Shown here piece by piece: positions 53,099-64,000 of a stretch of 64,000 bases of DNA (position 1 is the first letter of the stretch; every line of letters begins with the position of its first letter). Origin of the DNA: Nostoc sp. (lineage in GTDB: Bacteria; Cyanobacteriota; Cyanobacteriia; Cyanobacteriales; Nostocaceae); the NCBI GenBank assembly GCA_036918135.1, contig JBALDB010000051.1, positions 1-64,000 of the forward strand, written 5' to 3'. The notes below the pieces were generated by a model. That model was not told the origin of the DNA. It did no database searches and saw nothing but the letters and a program-made list of their open reading frames with translations. A program made the position numbers and the translations under genes.

Positions 53099-53740
53099 TT
53101 AAGTATTGTAAGAATTTTTTTCTAATACTAAAAAATAATGATATGGATAGGTAGGATCGATATATTCTTGCTTAATAGTTAACTCAGCTTTAGCAACGGA
53201 GTTTAAAATCCGTTTTTTGGGATATCCTTTCAAACCCATTTCCCAGTAATGCTCGTTACATACTGGCGTTGTACTCCAAAATTTTGGTACATTCAGTAAT
53301 AAATGCCTTGGTCTACCTGAGAAGGAAGTTTTAATTTGAAACGCCAAATATTGAGTGCAATAGGGAATTGAAATCACCAAAAATTTGTTTGTTGCTTGTG
53401 CAAGTTTTTTCAAGGCTTGTTCTGACTGTTCATAAGGGAAATGTTCCAGCACTTGAAACAAAACAATCGCATCAAATTTATCTTTTGGCAAATAAAAATC
53501 TGTGGTCAGATCCAAAATCATGTCTGGCTTGAGGTTGGGGTCAACATCGGCAGTAGTGACGTTATATCCATTGTTTTTCAAGAGGTCTGTTAATAACGAA
53601 TTAAAAATTCCAATTTCTAAAACATTTTTTACCTGATTACCCAGCGAAAAAATTAGACGTAACTGGTGGTGGTAACTGATAAGCCGATTTTTGGATAAAT
53701 ATTCTGAATTCCTAATATCTAACGAGGTGATGAGTTGCAT
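53099..53740 (-). CDS. Class I SAM-dependent methyltransferase
   Basis: VLEIG, FDAIVLFQVLEH, HYWEMG. Confidence 0.8.
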   Translation of the reverse strand: MQLITSLDIRNSEYLSKNRLISYHHQLRLIFSLGNQVKNVLEIGIFNSLLTDLLKNNGYNVTTADVDPNLKPDMILDLTTDFYLPKDKFDAIVLFQVLEHFPYEQSEQALKKLAQATNKFLVISIPYCTQYLAFQIKTSFSGRPRHLLLNVPKFWSTTPVCNEHYWEMGLKGYPKKRILNSVAKAELTIKQEYIDPTYPYHYFLVLEKNSYNT

Positions 53741-54227
53741 AATAATGCCTACCTAATCTGATGGTGTGATAGCAGTGGGTATACAACTACAGGGTTCCCA
53801 GAAAAATACTGAAAATAACAGCACCATAATTTTGAGCGTATTTAAATAGTTCCGCAGACAGAGGAAGCTTCTTAAACAATTACTTAGAATTCCAACATAT
53901 ACTAGTAACGTATTTGTCACTAAAATTAAGGTATATAGAGATTATTTTTTGGATACCATAGGCAATAGGGTAACATAGCTAGCTATACTACCCTACGAGA
54001 ATAAGCCAATTTGCTTGGATAACTTTCACACATCTGATAACAATTTTTAGATTGTTAAGAAAGATGTAACTAATGGATAGCTCTTATAGGTCAAAGGTTT
54101 CGAGAGCGAAAAGTTTGAGCGGAGATTTCCTCGTATCAAAGCTTTTGAAAACAGAGGTTTTTCAGATTCTCTAAAAAGTTCATTTTAGCTATCAATTAAT
54201 ATCTACGGTTGTACGAGTATAAGAAAA

Positions 54228-55097
54228 ATGAGGTTTACAGACTGGGCGACTAGAGTAATGCTGATCTCGTTGATATTCGCTGCTTTAATTATAGTGCTGC
54301 TTATTGGACGAGGAAGACAAGTACAAAATAATACAACTAGACTTATTAATACATCAAAACCAGAGGTTACAGTTTGGAGTCAATATCCGCAGGCGCAATT
54401 TCAATCAGCCAAAGAACTAAAGCAGAAATCTCAAAATCTTAAGTCTCCAGTCAAAATGAATCAACCTGTAGGAAGGTATGTAACCACTCAAGCTTTTGCA
54501 TACTACAGACCTCATTATCAAATTGTCTCAGTTGACCCTACTAATTATGGAGAACGTTACACCACAGATGTGAATGGCAAACTTGTCGATAACCAACCAA
54601 TTATCGTCCTTCATGAAACTGGTTATTCAGCCTCCAGCGCGATTAATTTTTTTCAAGAAGCTCATGCTGATGAAAACGTGCAAGCAAGTTACCACGCTTT
54701 AATCAAGCTAGACGGGACGGTGATTTATCTAGTACCACCAGAAAAGCGAGCCTTTGGTGCAGCTAACTCAGTATTTGAGGGTTCCCAGGGTTTAGAAACT
54801 GTGCAGACTAATCCAAATTTGCCGGCGTCTGTGAATAATTTTGCTTATCACGTTTCTTTAGAAACACCGCCAGATAGTTATGACAGTAATAGCCAAGAAA
54901 CCCATAGCGGCTACACGGAAGCTCAATATAATTCTCTTGCTTGGTTAATTGCTCAAAGTCAAGTTCCAGACGATCGCGTCACTACCCACAAACTAGTAGA
55001 TCGTTCTGGTAAAAAAGTCGATCCAATTAATTTTGATGGTAACAAGTTTCTAGATTTACTTAATATTTACCGTCAGGTCAGACCAATTTATAGATGA
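54228..55097 (+). CDS. Membrane-anchored N-acetylmuramoyl-L-alanine amidase (Amidase_2)
   Basis: IVLHET, SYHALI..DG, RAFGA, YTEAQY, TTH...KVDP. Confidence 0.85.
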   Translation: MRFTDWATRVMLISLIFAALIIVLLIGRGRQVQNNTTRLINTSKPEVTVWSQYPQAQFQSAKELKQKSQNLKSPVKMNQPVGRYVTTQAFAYYRPHYQIVSVDPTNYGERYTTDVNGKLVDNQPIIVLHETGYSASSAINFFQEAHADENVQASYHALIKLDGTVIYLVPPEKRAFGAANSVFEGSQGLETVQTNPNLPASVNNFAYHVSLETPPDSYDSNSQETHSGYTEAQYNSLAWLIAQSQVPDDRVTTHKLVDRSGKKVDPINFDGNKFLDLLNIYRQVRPIYR

Positions 55098-55120
55098 AAT
55101 AAATCAACAAATCATTTAAA

Positions 55121-56386
55121 TTATTTTTGGTCTTTGAGTTGTTGTACTAAAATATGTACTTTAGTTGAGGGATTAGTACAGCTATCTTCATTGAGGTGAT
55201 CTAGTTCTAATTTCATAGCATTAGTAAGTGCGTTCTCTAAATATGGTTTAAGTTTTTTATATAGTGTCACATCACTTTTGTCATAAGTTTCCCTTGTTTT
55301 GAAGATGCCTGCTTTTCTCATTTCTGTCTCTAGCCTTGGACATAATTCCTTGTAGTGGGATGAAGGAGCAGTTGTATAGACATAATGAAGTAAAAACCAA
55401 AATTCAAAACAGGGAATGGATGTTACTGTTACAATATTATTTTCCTTAGCTTTCAAAAGCGCTTGCTTAAATTTTTCAATCTTATTATCGTTATCAAAGT
55501 TATTCATTTTATGAAGAGTTATTATATCTAATTGTTGAAGATTATTAATAAAGTCTTTCTCTAGCTGTTCAGTTTCTTGTTTAATAAATTGATTAAAGAA
55601 AGAAGATAGTCTGTCAGGTATAGGTTTCTGTTCTATTTTGATTCCAGAAATACCGAGATCCGCTTCACTCAGCAATTTAGCAATTCTTGGTTGAAAAGTA
55701 TCACCCTTATCAAATAAGCTAAGAGTAAATTCCATCGTATCAGAATTTGAAGTAAGAATATTTATTTCATCCTGAAACCATTCAAATATTTCTGTTAACT
55801 GAGGATGATTATTTTGTGCTGCATGAGATAAAAATAAAGAGTTAGAACGCACAAATTTTTTAATACGTAACTTTTCTCCCTTTAGTCCTTTGCCAAAAGA
55901 CCATTTATATCCTTCATCTGTTTGATATTTTGGATTATCTGGCAGATATTGGCGAGAAAACCAATTTTGTGAATGTTCATTTGGGTAAGCAATTAACCAC
56001 TCTTCATATATCCGTTCTCTATTTAGAGATACTCCATACTCATAACGAGTACTTTGATGAATAAAAATTACTTCAAAACTAGTAGGATTTTTTGCTGATT
56101 CGTTATTTAGTCTAAATGGTTCAATAGGTAACTTTTCACCAACTTGCATTTTAGTAGCCGAGTTCATCACTAGTCTTCTTAGGGTTTGTATAGCTCGCAC
56201 CAAATTGCTTTTACCTGAAGCATTAGATCCATAAATTACAGCGCTACTAAGTAAGCGTAGCCTATCAGTATTCGGCATCATAAAACTATTAGTGTCTAGC
56301 ATCTTTTCATCTTCAGATGCCATCATACTAAATGTTTGTCTTTCCTGTATCGAACGATAATTTTCTACACTGAATTCAATAAGCAT
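55121..56386 (-). pseudogene. In-frame fusion of an RloA-like AAA_21 ATPase N-half to an RloB C-half (probable deletion remnant)
   Basis: FSVENYRSI and GSNASGKSN present but no signature or Walker B; C-terminus SIPCFEFWFLLHY...NPSTKVHILV is RloB-like. Confidence 0.7.
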
Positions 56387-56505
56387 AACTGTAATCTTAA
56401 TTAGTTATGTTCCCATCAACGATAATTTGTTGAAAATAGTAAAATTTATAGGTAGTATTCTTAGGCTGAATTAATAAATTTAAGCATACAAGCATAATAA
56501 ACAAA

Positions 56506-56531
56506 TAGCTCTAGCTAAAAAGCTAGAGCTA
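56506..56531 (-). terminator. Terminator of ribBA
   Basis: TAGCTCTAGCT-N4-AGCTAGAGCTA followed by a T-rich run on the minus strand. Confidence 0.65.
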
Positions 56532-56575
56532 GATGATAATTCAGATAAATGCTGCGAATATGAGGACATATGTCC

Positions 56576-58249
56576 CTATTTGCTAAAGCTATAAATTTGC
56601 TGTGTCTCCAAGCGATCGCTAATCGCTGAAGGCAGTGTACCATCCGAGAACATCTGCCGATCTAGTTGGACTTGTAAATTACTCAAAGGATCGCAACCAG
56701 AAGAAATCAGAAATTCTAGATTTTGGATGTATGGTAAAGTTGCTAGTTCATCCAAAATTTGGAAGATTGCTTGTAAGTAAGGATGACCGCTTTGGCGATA
56801 CCAGTCAGAACTAGCAACTTTTGGTTGATCGAAACCCAAGTGTACTGTTAAAGATGGCTCGTTAAATAGAGCGATCGCTAACGGACGCGCCTCTTCCTGC
56901 AATAATATATCGTGATTTCTCGCTAAATGTCGCAGTTTCTCTAAGCGTTCATAACGTTTTGTCACTAACTGGGGATCGTCTTGCCAGTGAATTGCCACTG
57001 TGACCAGATAAGTCTGTAAGAGCATGTGACCCAGCTTTTTAGCCTTTGTTGCCAGGTAATAAGAATTGTAGTCATTGGCCTCAATTAATAATGGCACGCG
57101 ATCGACTACTTCTAACCCATAACCCTTGACTCCAGCAATTTTACGGGGATTATTGGTAATCAAGCGAATTTTTTTGACACCCAAATCCATCAGCATTTGT
57201 GCCCCCATGCCGTAATCTCGCAAGTCAGCAGGAAATCCTAAACGCTCGTTGGCCTCTACTGTATCCAGTCCCATATCTTGTAACGAGTAGGCTTTAAGCT
57301 TATTAATCAAGCCGATTCCCCGTCCTTCTTGCCGCAGGTATACAACTACACCTTGACCAGCATTTTCAATCATTTTCAGTGCTGCTACTAGCTGCATTCG
57401 ACAGTCGCAGCGCAAAGAACCCAAAGCATCACCAGTTAAGCATTCTGAGTGCATCCGCACCATCACTGGCTCGTCTTTGAAGTTAGCCGGATCGCCCTTG
57501 ACAATTGCGACGTGTTCTGTATTATCTAAAGTGTGGCGGTAGGCATAAATTTCAAACTGACCGAACTGACTAGGCAGCTTAGTAATCACCTCACGATACA
57601 CTAGGCGATCGTGCTTGAGGCGATAACTGATTAAATCTGCAATACTAATAATTTTTAAATTGTGATGCTCGGCATATTCAACTAACTGCTGCAATCGTGC
57701 CATTGAACCATTAGGGTTTTGAATTTCACAAATTACCCCAGCTGGGTATAACCCTGCTAACCGAGCTAAGTCCACAGCTGCTTCTGTATGTCCTGCACGT
57801 TTGAGTACGCCTCCAGCCTTAGCCCGAATTGGAAAAATATGTCCAGGACGACGTAAATCTGTAGGTTTCGTGGCTGGATTGAGAGTAACCTGGATAGTGC
57901 GAGCGCGGTCTTCGGCTGAAATGCCTGTAGTCACGCCCAAATCTGAACCAGCATCAATACTGACAGTGAAAGCAGTTTGATTAGTATCTGTAATATTGCT
58001 TACCATCAAGGGTAAGTCTAATTCGTCTAAGCGATCGCCCATCATTGCCAAACAAATTAATCCTCTGGCTTCCACTGCCATAAAATTAATCATGTCAGGT
58101 GTGGCAAATTGAGCAGCACAAATTAAATCGCCTTCATTTTCTCTATTTTCATCATCTACCACAACAATCACACGACCAGCTTTTAGGTCTGCCAAGGCGG
58201 CATCAATCGGATCGAATTGAAATACTTGGGTAGTCTTAGGCTGTGACAC
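56576..58249 (-). CDS. ribBA: Bifunctional DHBP synthase / GTP cyclohydrolase II
   Basis: [27 protein letters not shown]...RCDC, QEGRGIG, TNNPRK; GTG start at 58249 is likely. Confidence 0.95.
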   Translation of the reverse strand: MSQPKTTQVFQFDPIDAALADLKAGRVIVVVDDENRENEGDLICAAQFATPDMINFMAVEARGLICLAMMGDRLDELDLPLMVSNITDTNQTAFTVSIDAGSDLGVTTGISAEDRARTIQVTLNPATKPTDLRRPGHIFPIRAKAGGVLKRAGHTEAAVDLARLAGLYPAGVICEIQNPNGSMARLQQLVEYAEHHNLKIISIADLISYRLKHDRLVYREVITKLPSQFGQFEIYAYRHTLDNTEHVAIVKGDPANFKDEPVMVRMHSECLTGDALGSLRCDCRMQLVAALKMIENAGQGVVVYLRQEGRGIGLINKLKAYSLQDMGLDTVEANERLGFPADLRDYGMGAQMLMDLGVKKIRLITNNPRKIAGVKGYGLEVVDRVPLLIEANDYNSYYLATKAKKLGHMLLQTYLVTVAIHWQDDPQLVTKRYERLEKLRHLARNHDILLQEEARPLAIALFNEPSLTVHLGFDQPKVASSDWYRQSGHPYLQAIFQILDELATLPYIQNLEFLISSGCDPLSNLQVQLDRQMFSDGTLPSAISDRLETQQIYSFSK

Positions 58250-58569
58250 AGAAAGATTTCCAGCTACCAACGTAAATTTTTTTAACAATTTCTTCTTTTA
58301 GATTGTAGCTCCTTTATAAGGCAGAGAAGTAGACTAGCAATGATTTGATAACATGGCAAAAATTTCTGCCACTATAGGGGAGATGTAGTTCGATTTGGCG
58401 GTAGTTGAGTTTCGACTTCGCTCAACTACCCCGTAATTAAAACTCACCAAGCGGGGGATAAAGAAGTATTTTCTTGCTTATCTCTCCCTCTGTTTCATCT
58501 GCGGCTGGTGGCTGATATTGTTGATAGCTGAGAACGAATTAACTATTCATGGGATAAGGATTTGGGATC

Positions 58570-59628
58570 ATGGGCAAATTTAGACGCGTACCCGTTGGGA
58601 TTGTTGGCGCGTCGGGCTATGGCGGAGTACAGTTAGTACGGCTACTGATGGATCATCCAGAAGTCGAACTGGTTTATTTAGGTGGTGAGAACAGTATCGG
58701 AAAATCCTTAGGGGATCTTTACCCACACTTGGCTCACGCAGCTAATCTGCCAATAGAGGCGGTAGAACCAGAAATAATTGCCCACCGCTGTGAAGTAGTT
58801 TTCCTGTGTTTACCAGATGGTCTGGCTTGGCAAATTACGCCCATGCTATTGGAAAAAGGATGTAAAGTACTGGATTTAAGTGCAGATTATCGATTCAGTG
58901 ATTTGGCAACTTATACAAATTGGTATGGCATAGAAAGAAGCGATCGCACAACAGCTGCAATTGCAGTTTATGGATTACCAGAACTTTATCGCGATCGCAT
59001 TGCCGAAGCTCAACTTATTGGCTGTCCTGGTTGTTATCCCACTGCGAGTCTGCTTGCAGTTTCACCACTGTTAAAGCAAGGCTTAATTATTCCAGAAACA
59101 ACTATCATCGATGCCAAGTCTGGCACATCTGGCTGCGGACTACAAGCCAAAAATAACTTATCACTAGCTGAAGCAGACAACTCCATCGCAGCTTACAACG
59201 TTGGCCGTCACCGTGATACACCAGAAATTGAACAAATTTGCAGTGATTTAGCTGGTCACGAACTGACGATCCAATTTACACCACACCTCATCCCAATGGT
59301 ACGCGGTATTTTGGCAACTGTATATGCCACAATGCGCGATCCCGGTCTCGTGCGAGATGATTTAATTACAATTTTTTCCGCTTTCTACCGCAACTCTCCT
59401 TGGCTAAAAGTCTGCGGTAGCGGCGTTTACCCCCAAACCAAATGGGCTAATGGCAGCAATCTTTGTTACATCGGTGTAGAAGTTGACCCGCGCACAGGTC
59501 GCGTGATTGTCATGTCAGCCATTGACAATCTGATTAAAGGGCAAGCGGGTCAAGCAATTCAATGTTTAAACCTGATGATGGGCTGGGATGAAACCTTAGG
59601 GTTGCCTAAGTTGGGGTTTTATCCGTAA
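58570..59628 (+). CDS. argC: N-acetyl-gamma-glutamyl-phosphate reductase
   Basis: [32 protein letters not shown]. Confidence 0.92.
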   Translation: MGKFRRVPVGIVGASGYGGVQLVRLLMDHPEVELVYLGGENSIGKSLGDLYPHLAHAANLPIEAVEPEIIAHRCEVVFLCLPDGLAWQITPMLLEKGCKVLDLSADYRFSDLATYTNWYGIERSDRTTAAIAVYGLPELYRDRIAEAQLIGCPGCYPTASLLAVSPLLKQGLIIPETTIIDAKSGTSGCGLQAKNNLSLAEADNSIAAYNVGRHRDTPEIEQICSDLAGHELTIQFTPHLIPMVRGILATVYATMRDPGLVRDDLITIFSAFYRNSPWLKVCGSGVYPQTKWANGSNLCYIGVEVDPRTGRVIVMSAIDNLIKGQAGQAIQCLNLMMGWDETLGLPKLGFYP

Positions 59629-59646
59629 ATGGGCATGGGGCAAACA

Positions 59647-59750
59647 GGGAGTGTGGGAGGTGTGGGAGGTGTGGGAGGATGGAGAAGAAATCTTGCCCCC
59701 CTGTCTCCCTACACTCCCCACACTCCCCCATCCCCCCTCTCTCCCCAATC
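59647..59750. repeat. Inverted copy of the 50724-50872 repeat element
   Basis: GTGTGGGAG x3 then GATGGAGAAGAAATCTTGCCCCC. Confidence 0.85.
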
Positions 59751-59751
59751 C

Positions 59752-61059
<1,308 letters not shown>

Positions 61060-61494
61060 TCAAGTGTCTTAGCATATAGTGCATTGGCCTAGCCCGATCG
61101 TAAGCATAGGCGTTTAAAGACCTTTGTCCGCTGAGATTAAAGAATATTTCCAGAGATTTTGTCAATGAATTTTTAATTGTATATTTTCGAGTCAACTTAC
61201 TTTCACATCCCGATTTTCACAGTCAATTTTCAAAAAATCAGTAAATTTTAACACTAGTAATTCAGTAGAAAAATCGCTTTCTGCGTATTAAATATATAAA
61301 AATAAGACTTTTATTTGATTGCCTCAAAGAACTCGCCCTCAAACCGACTCGGCTGATTTTCCATTCTCTACTCTGTGTTGAGAACAAATAAGTTCAAAAA
61401 TCAAAGCGGATTGCTATAGTTACAATTACTTGTACTATGTACAAATAGTATTCCATGTCAAAATTCAAATGAATTGAATATACTTGTAAATCTG

Positions 61495-62886
61495 ATGATA
61501 GGCAAAATCCTGGATGGACGCTACGAAGTTATCAGCAAACTGGGAGAAGGTGGTTTTGGTGCTACTTACCTAGCTATTGATAGGAAATTGCCTGATAAAG
61601 ACCAGTGTGTTGTTAAGCACTTCTCGCCTAAAGCAACAGATACAAATACTTTGTCCCATGCGCGACGGTTATTTGAAAATGAAGCTAAAGTACTTAACCG
61701 CTTAGGGAATCACGACCGGATTCCACGTTTATTGGCGCATTTTGAAGAAGACCAAAACTTTTATTTAGTTCAGGAGTTTATTCCTGGGTATGATTTGAGT
61801 CGTGAAATCAATCGTCACAAACAGTGGAATCAAGAAAAGGTAATTGTCCTGTTGGAGGATATCTTAAAGGCATTAGAGTTTTTGCATCAGCATCATGTCA
61901 TCCACAGAGATATTAAGCCATCGAATTTAATGCGCCGCCAACAGGATGAAAAGATTGTTCTGATTGATTTTGGAGCAGTCAAACAAATCAGTTCCCAAGC
62001 AGTGAATACTCAGGGACAAATGACAGCAACAGTTGTAGTTGGCACACCTGGTTATATACCCAGCGAACAAAGTCAAGGTCAGCCCAGGTTATGCAGTGAT
62101 ATTTATGCAGTTGGAATCATTGCGATCGAAGCCCTGACTAATTTAAATCCTATGCAATTACCAAGAGATAATCTTACAGGTGAAATTATCTGGCGTCAGC
62201 AAGCACAGGTTAGCCAACAGTTCGCAGAAATTATTGAGAAAATGGTCAAGTATGACTTTCGACAAAGATATCAATCAGCAACAGAAGTATTGCAAGCACT
62301 ACAACAATTAAAAGTAGGTAATCATCCTCAAAAATCAACTTGGCGGAAGGCTATTATTGGTTTAGGAATGGCTACCGCAGCCACTATCATTGCTTTTTTT
62401 ATCTTCATACCTCGTAATCAAAGTTTGTTAGATTATAATAATATTCCTTATGGCATCAATATCAAATATCCATCAAATTGGCAAAAAACTGGAACTCCAG
62501 ACCACATTACAGGTAATGTAGTTAAATTTATATCACCAAAAGAAACTAATACAGATACATATTTAGAAAATGTCAATTTGATTGTTGAAGAATTACCAGA
62601 AAACCATAAAGAGTTAGAGCAATTTACTCAGTTTTTTCTAGATGAAATTCAACAGTCAGATCCAAATACCAAAATTATTGAAAAGCGTAAAACTCAACTA
62701 GCCAACCAACCCGCATATCAAGTTAGTTACACTTTTGAAGAAGAGGGAATTAATATTAAACGCTTGCAAGTTTGGACAATCAAAAATAATAAAGCTTATA
62801 TCATGACTTATACAGATGATGTTGCTAAATATTCTGAGCATCTTGCCACAGCACAAACAATAATTAATTCTTTAGAAATTAAGTAA
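61495..62886 (+). CDS. Membrane Ser/Thr kinase with C-terminal PsbP-like extracellular domain
   Basis: LGEGGFG, HRDIKPSN, DFG, one TM helix, IKYPSNW. Confidence 0.9.
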   Translation: MIGKILDGRYEVISKLGEGGFGATYLAIDRKLPDKDQCVVKHFSPKATDTNTLSHARRLFENEAKVLNRLGNHDRIPRLLAHFEEDQNFYLVQEFIPGYDLSREINRHKQWNQEKVIVLLEDILKALEFLHQHHVIHRDIKPSNLMRRQQDEKIVLIDFGAVKQISSQAVNTQGQMTATVVVGTPGYIPSEQSQGQPRLCSDIYAVGIIAIEALTNLNPMQLPRDNLTGEIIWRQQAQVSQQFAEIIEKMVKYDFRQRYQSATEVLQALQQLKVGNHPQKSTWRKAIIGLGMATAATIIAFFIFIPRNQSLLDYNNIPYGINIKYPSNWQKTGTPDHITGNVVKFISPKETNTDTYLENVNLIVEELPENHKELEQFTQFFLDEIQQSDPNTKIIEKRKTQLANQPAYQVSYTFEEEGINIKRLQVWTIKNNKAYIMTYTDDVAKYSEHLATAQTIINSLEIK

Positions 62887-62912
62887 GAGGCTTTTTATAA
62901 AGTAAATATTAA

Positions 62913-63027
62913 GTAGGGTGCGTTAGGTTAAAACCATAACGCTCCACGTTCTTGACGGTGTGTTAAGCGCTTTAATCATGTTTTTCGTGAAAAATCAACT
63001 CGAAATATGCGCTTAACATACCTTACA
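62913..63027. repeat. REP-like (GTAG) nested palindrome
   Basis: GTAGGGTGCGTTA...TAACGCTCC...GGTGTGTTAAGCGC...GCGCTTAACATACCTTAC. Confidence 0.65.
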
Positions 63028-63255
63028 GAAATTTTATTTTTATTTTATAAATAAGCTCTAACCATTGAGATTAATGGTGCGTCCCACTGCGCCTATAACG
63101 CACTCGACAAACTTAATTGACCAACAACAAATTGACATTTATACATAAATAAATATTTACATGAATTTATGATGTAGTAATGTAATATCTTTGTCATTTT
63201 GTGGTAAATACATAGTATCTATGTATTCGTGAGAATTGAGTGAGAACTACCAACG

Positions 63256-63774
63256 ATGAAACCCCAGTTATTTTTGCAAGTACTAACGGCAGGTACAATT
63301 GTTCTGAGTAGTATTGCTAGCATCAATCCACCTAGTTTGGCTCAAGCTCAAACTTACTTTTGTGAAAAAAGTAATGATGGCGTATGGACTACATATGCTA
63401 AAAACTACAACAATAAGAAGATTCCGATTATTCGCTGGGTTAAGACTTTAGGGGAATATACTCCAAAAGTGCGCTGTCAAAACGTATCTTCTAGATTTCA
63501 AAAAGCTTATGAAAAAGGGGTTTTGAATTACCTCACATCTGGTATTTCTAATAATCAAGCTGTAATTTGTGCGGCTAGCCAATATGGTGGCCCTTGTAGT
63601 CAATTACTGTTTACGCTCAAATCTTATCAAGACGCGAGTTCAGTACTTCAAAAGCTTGTAGAAGTAGGTTACCGCGCTCGCGGGCCGATTCTTCAGTCTG
63701 AAGATGCTTCTTCTCAAGTATACATTGATATGAGTATGTTACTGAATGAAAAGGCAGCACAGGGACAAAATTAA
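63256..63774 (+). CDS. COP23-domain secreted protein
   Basis: YFC, IIRW...TPKVRCQNVSSRFQ, VICAA...C..LLFTL. Confidence 0.85.
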   Translation: MKPQLFLQVLTAGTIVLSSIASINPPSLAQAQTYFCEKSNDGVWTTYAKNYNNKKIPIIRWVKTLGEYTPKVRCQNVSSRFQKAYEKGVLNYLTSGISNNQAVICAASQYGGPCSQLLFTLKSYQDASSVLQKLVEVGYRARGPILQSEDASSQVYIDMSMLLNEKAAQGQN

Positions 63775-63847
63775 TACTAAATCAGGTAAGTAATCGGATG
63801 CTCGTTTAAGCATCTTTGTATAGAGGTTTACAAACACTGAAAGCAAC

Positions 63848-64000
63848 ATGAGACAAAAACTAATGTATCGTCGCTCACTGGCTACGATCGCCTGGATGGG
63901 CATACTGTTGACGTTGCCTATACAAGCTGTTTATCTGAGCATTTCCCCAAAAGTTGATGCTCAAGAGTCAACTCAGAAGCGATCGCCAGAACAAATTAAA
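63848..64000 (+). CDS. Secreted protein, truncated by the window edge (possibly the trypsin-like protease often found after COP23)
   Basis: Open frame MRQKLMYRRSLATIAWMGILLTLPIQAV...; signal-peptide-like. Confidence 0.5.
   Translation, partial: MRQKLMYRRSLATIAWMGILLTLPIQAVYLSISPKVDAQESTQKRSPEQIK

Noticed and set aside
58250..58560. FMN riboswitch upstream of ribBA
   Set aside because: No RFN consensus; the hairpin at ~58400-58430 is an SDR-type repeat

Overview
64-kb chromosomal segment of a heterocyst-forming filamentous cyanobacterium (Nostoc/Anabaena-like), inferred from dense HIP1 (GCGATCGC) sites, STRR/SDR/MITE repeats, sufR-sufBCDS, a satellite ccmK and COP23. Housekeeping genes: a CheA-like kinase (partial), the suf operon, ffh-rpsP-khpA-phoH, rpmB, htpG, ribBA, argC, eno and several peptidases. 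Accessory highlights: (1) a five-gene RiPP operon at 31.3-34.0 kb. Its rear half is a PcpXY-type splicease with a Nif11 precursor carrying two MYG sites. Its front half is an unexplained pair: a second double-glycine precursor with three P-x-x-x-G motifs and an 8-Cys small protein, a candidate new maturase. (2) A TRPM-like SLOG (LSDAT) + SLATT (DUF4231) two-gene operon. (3) A candidate ~50-nt LexA-controlled sRNA unit at 3.2 kb. (4) An in-frame deletion fusion of an RloA-like ATPase and RloB. (5) A 10 x 21-bp palindromic tandem array. No rRNA, tRNA or CRISPR array was seen. Family assignments come from recognising motifs by eye, not from database searches.
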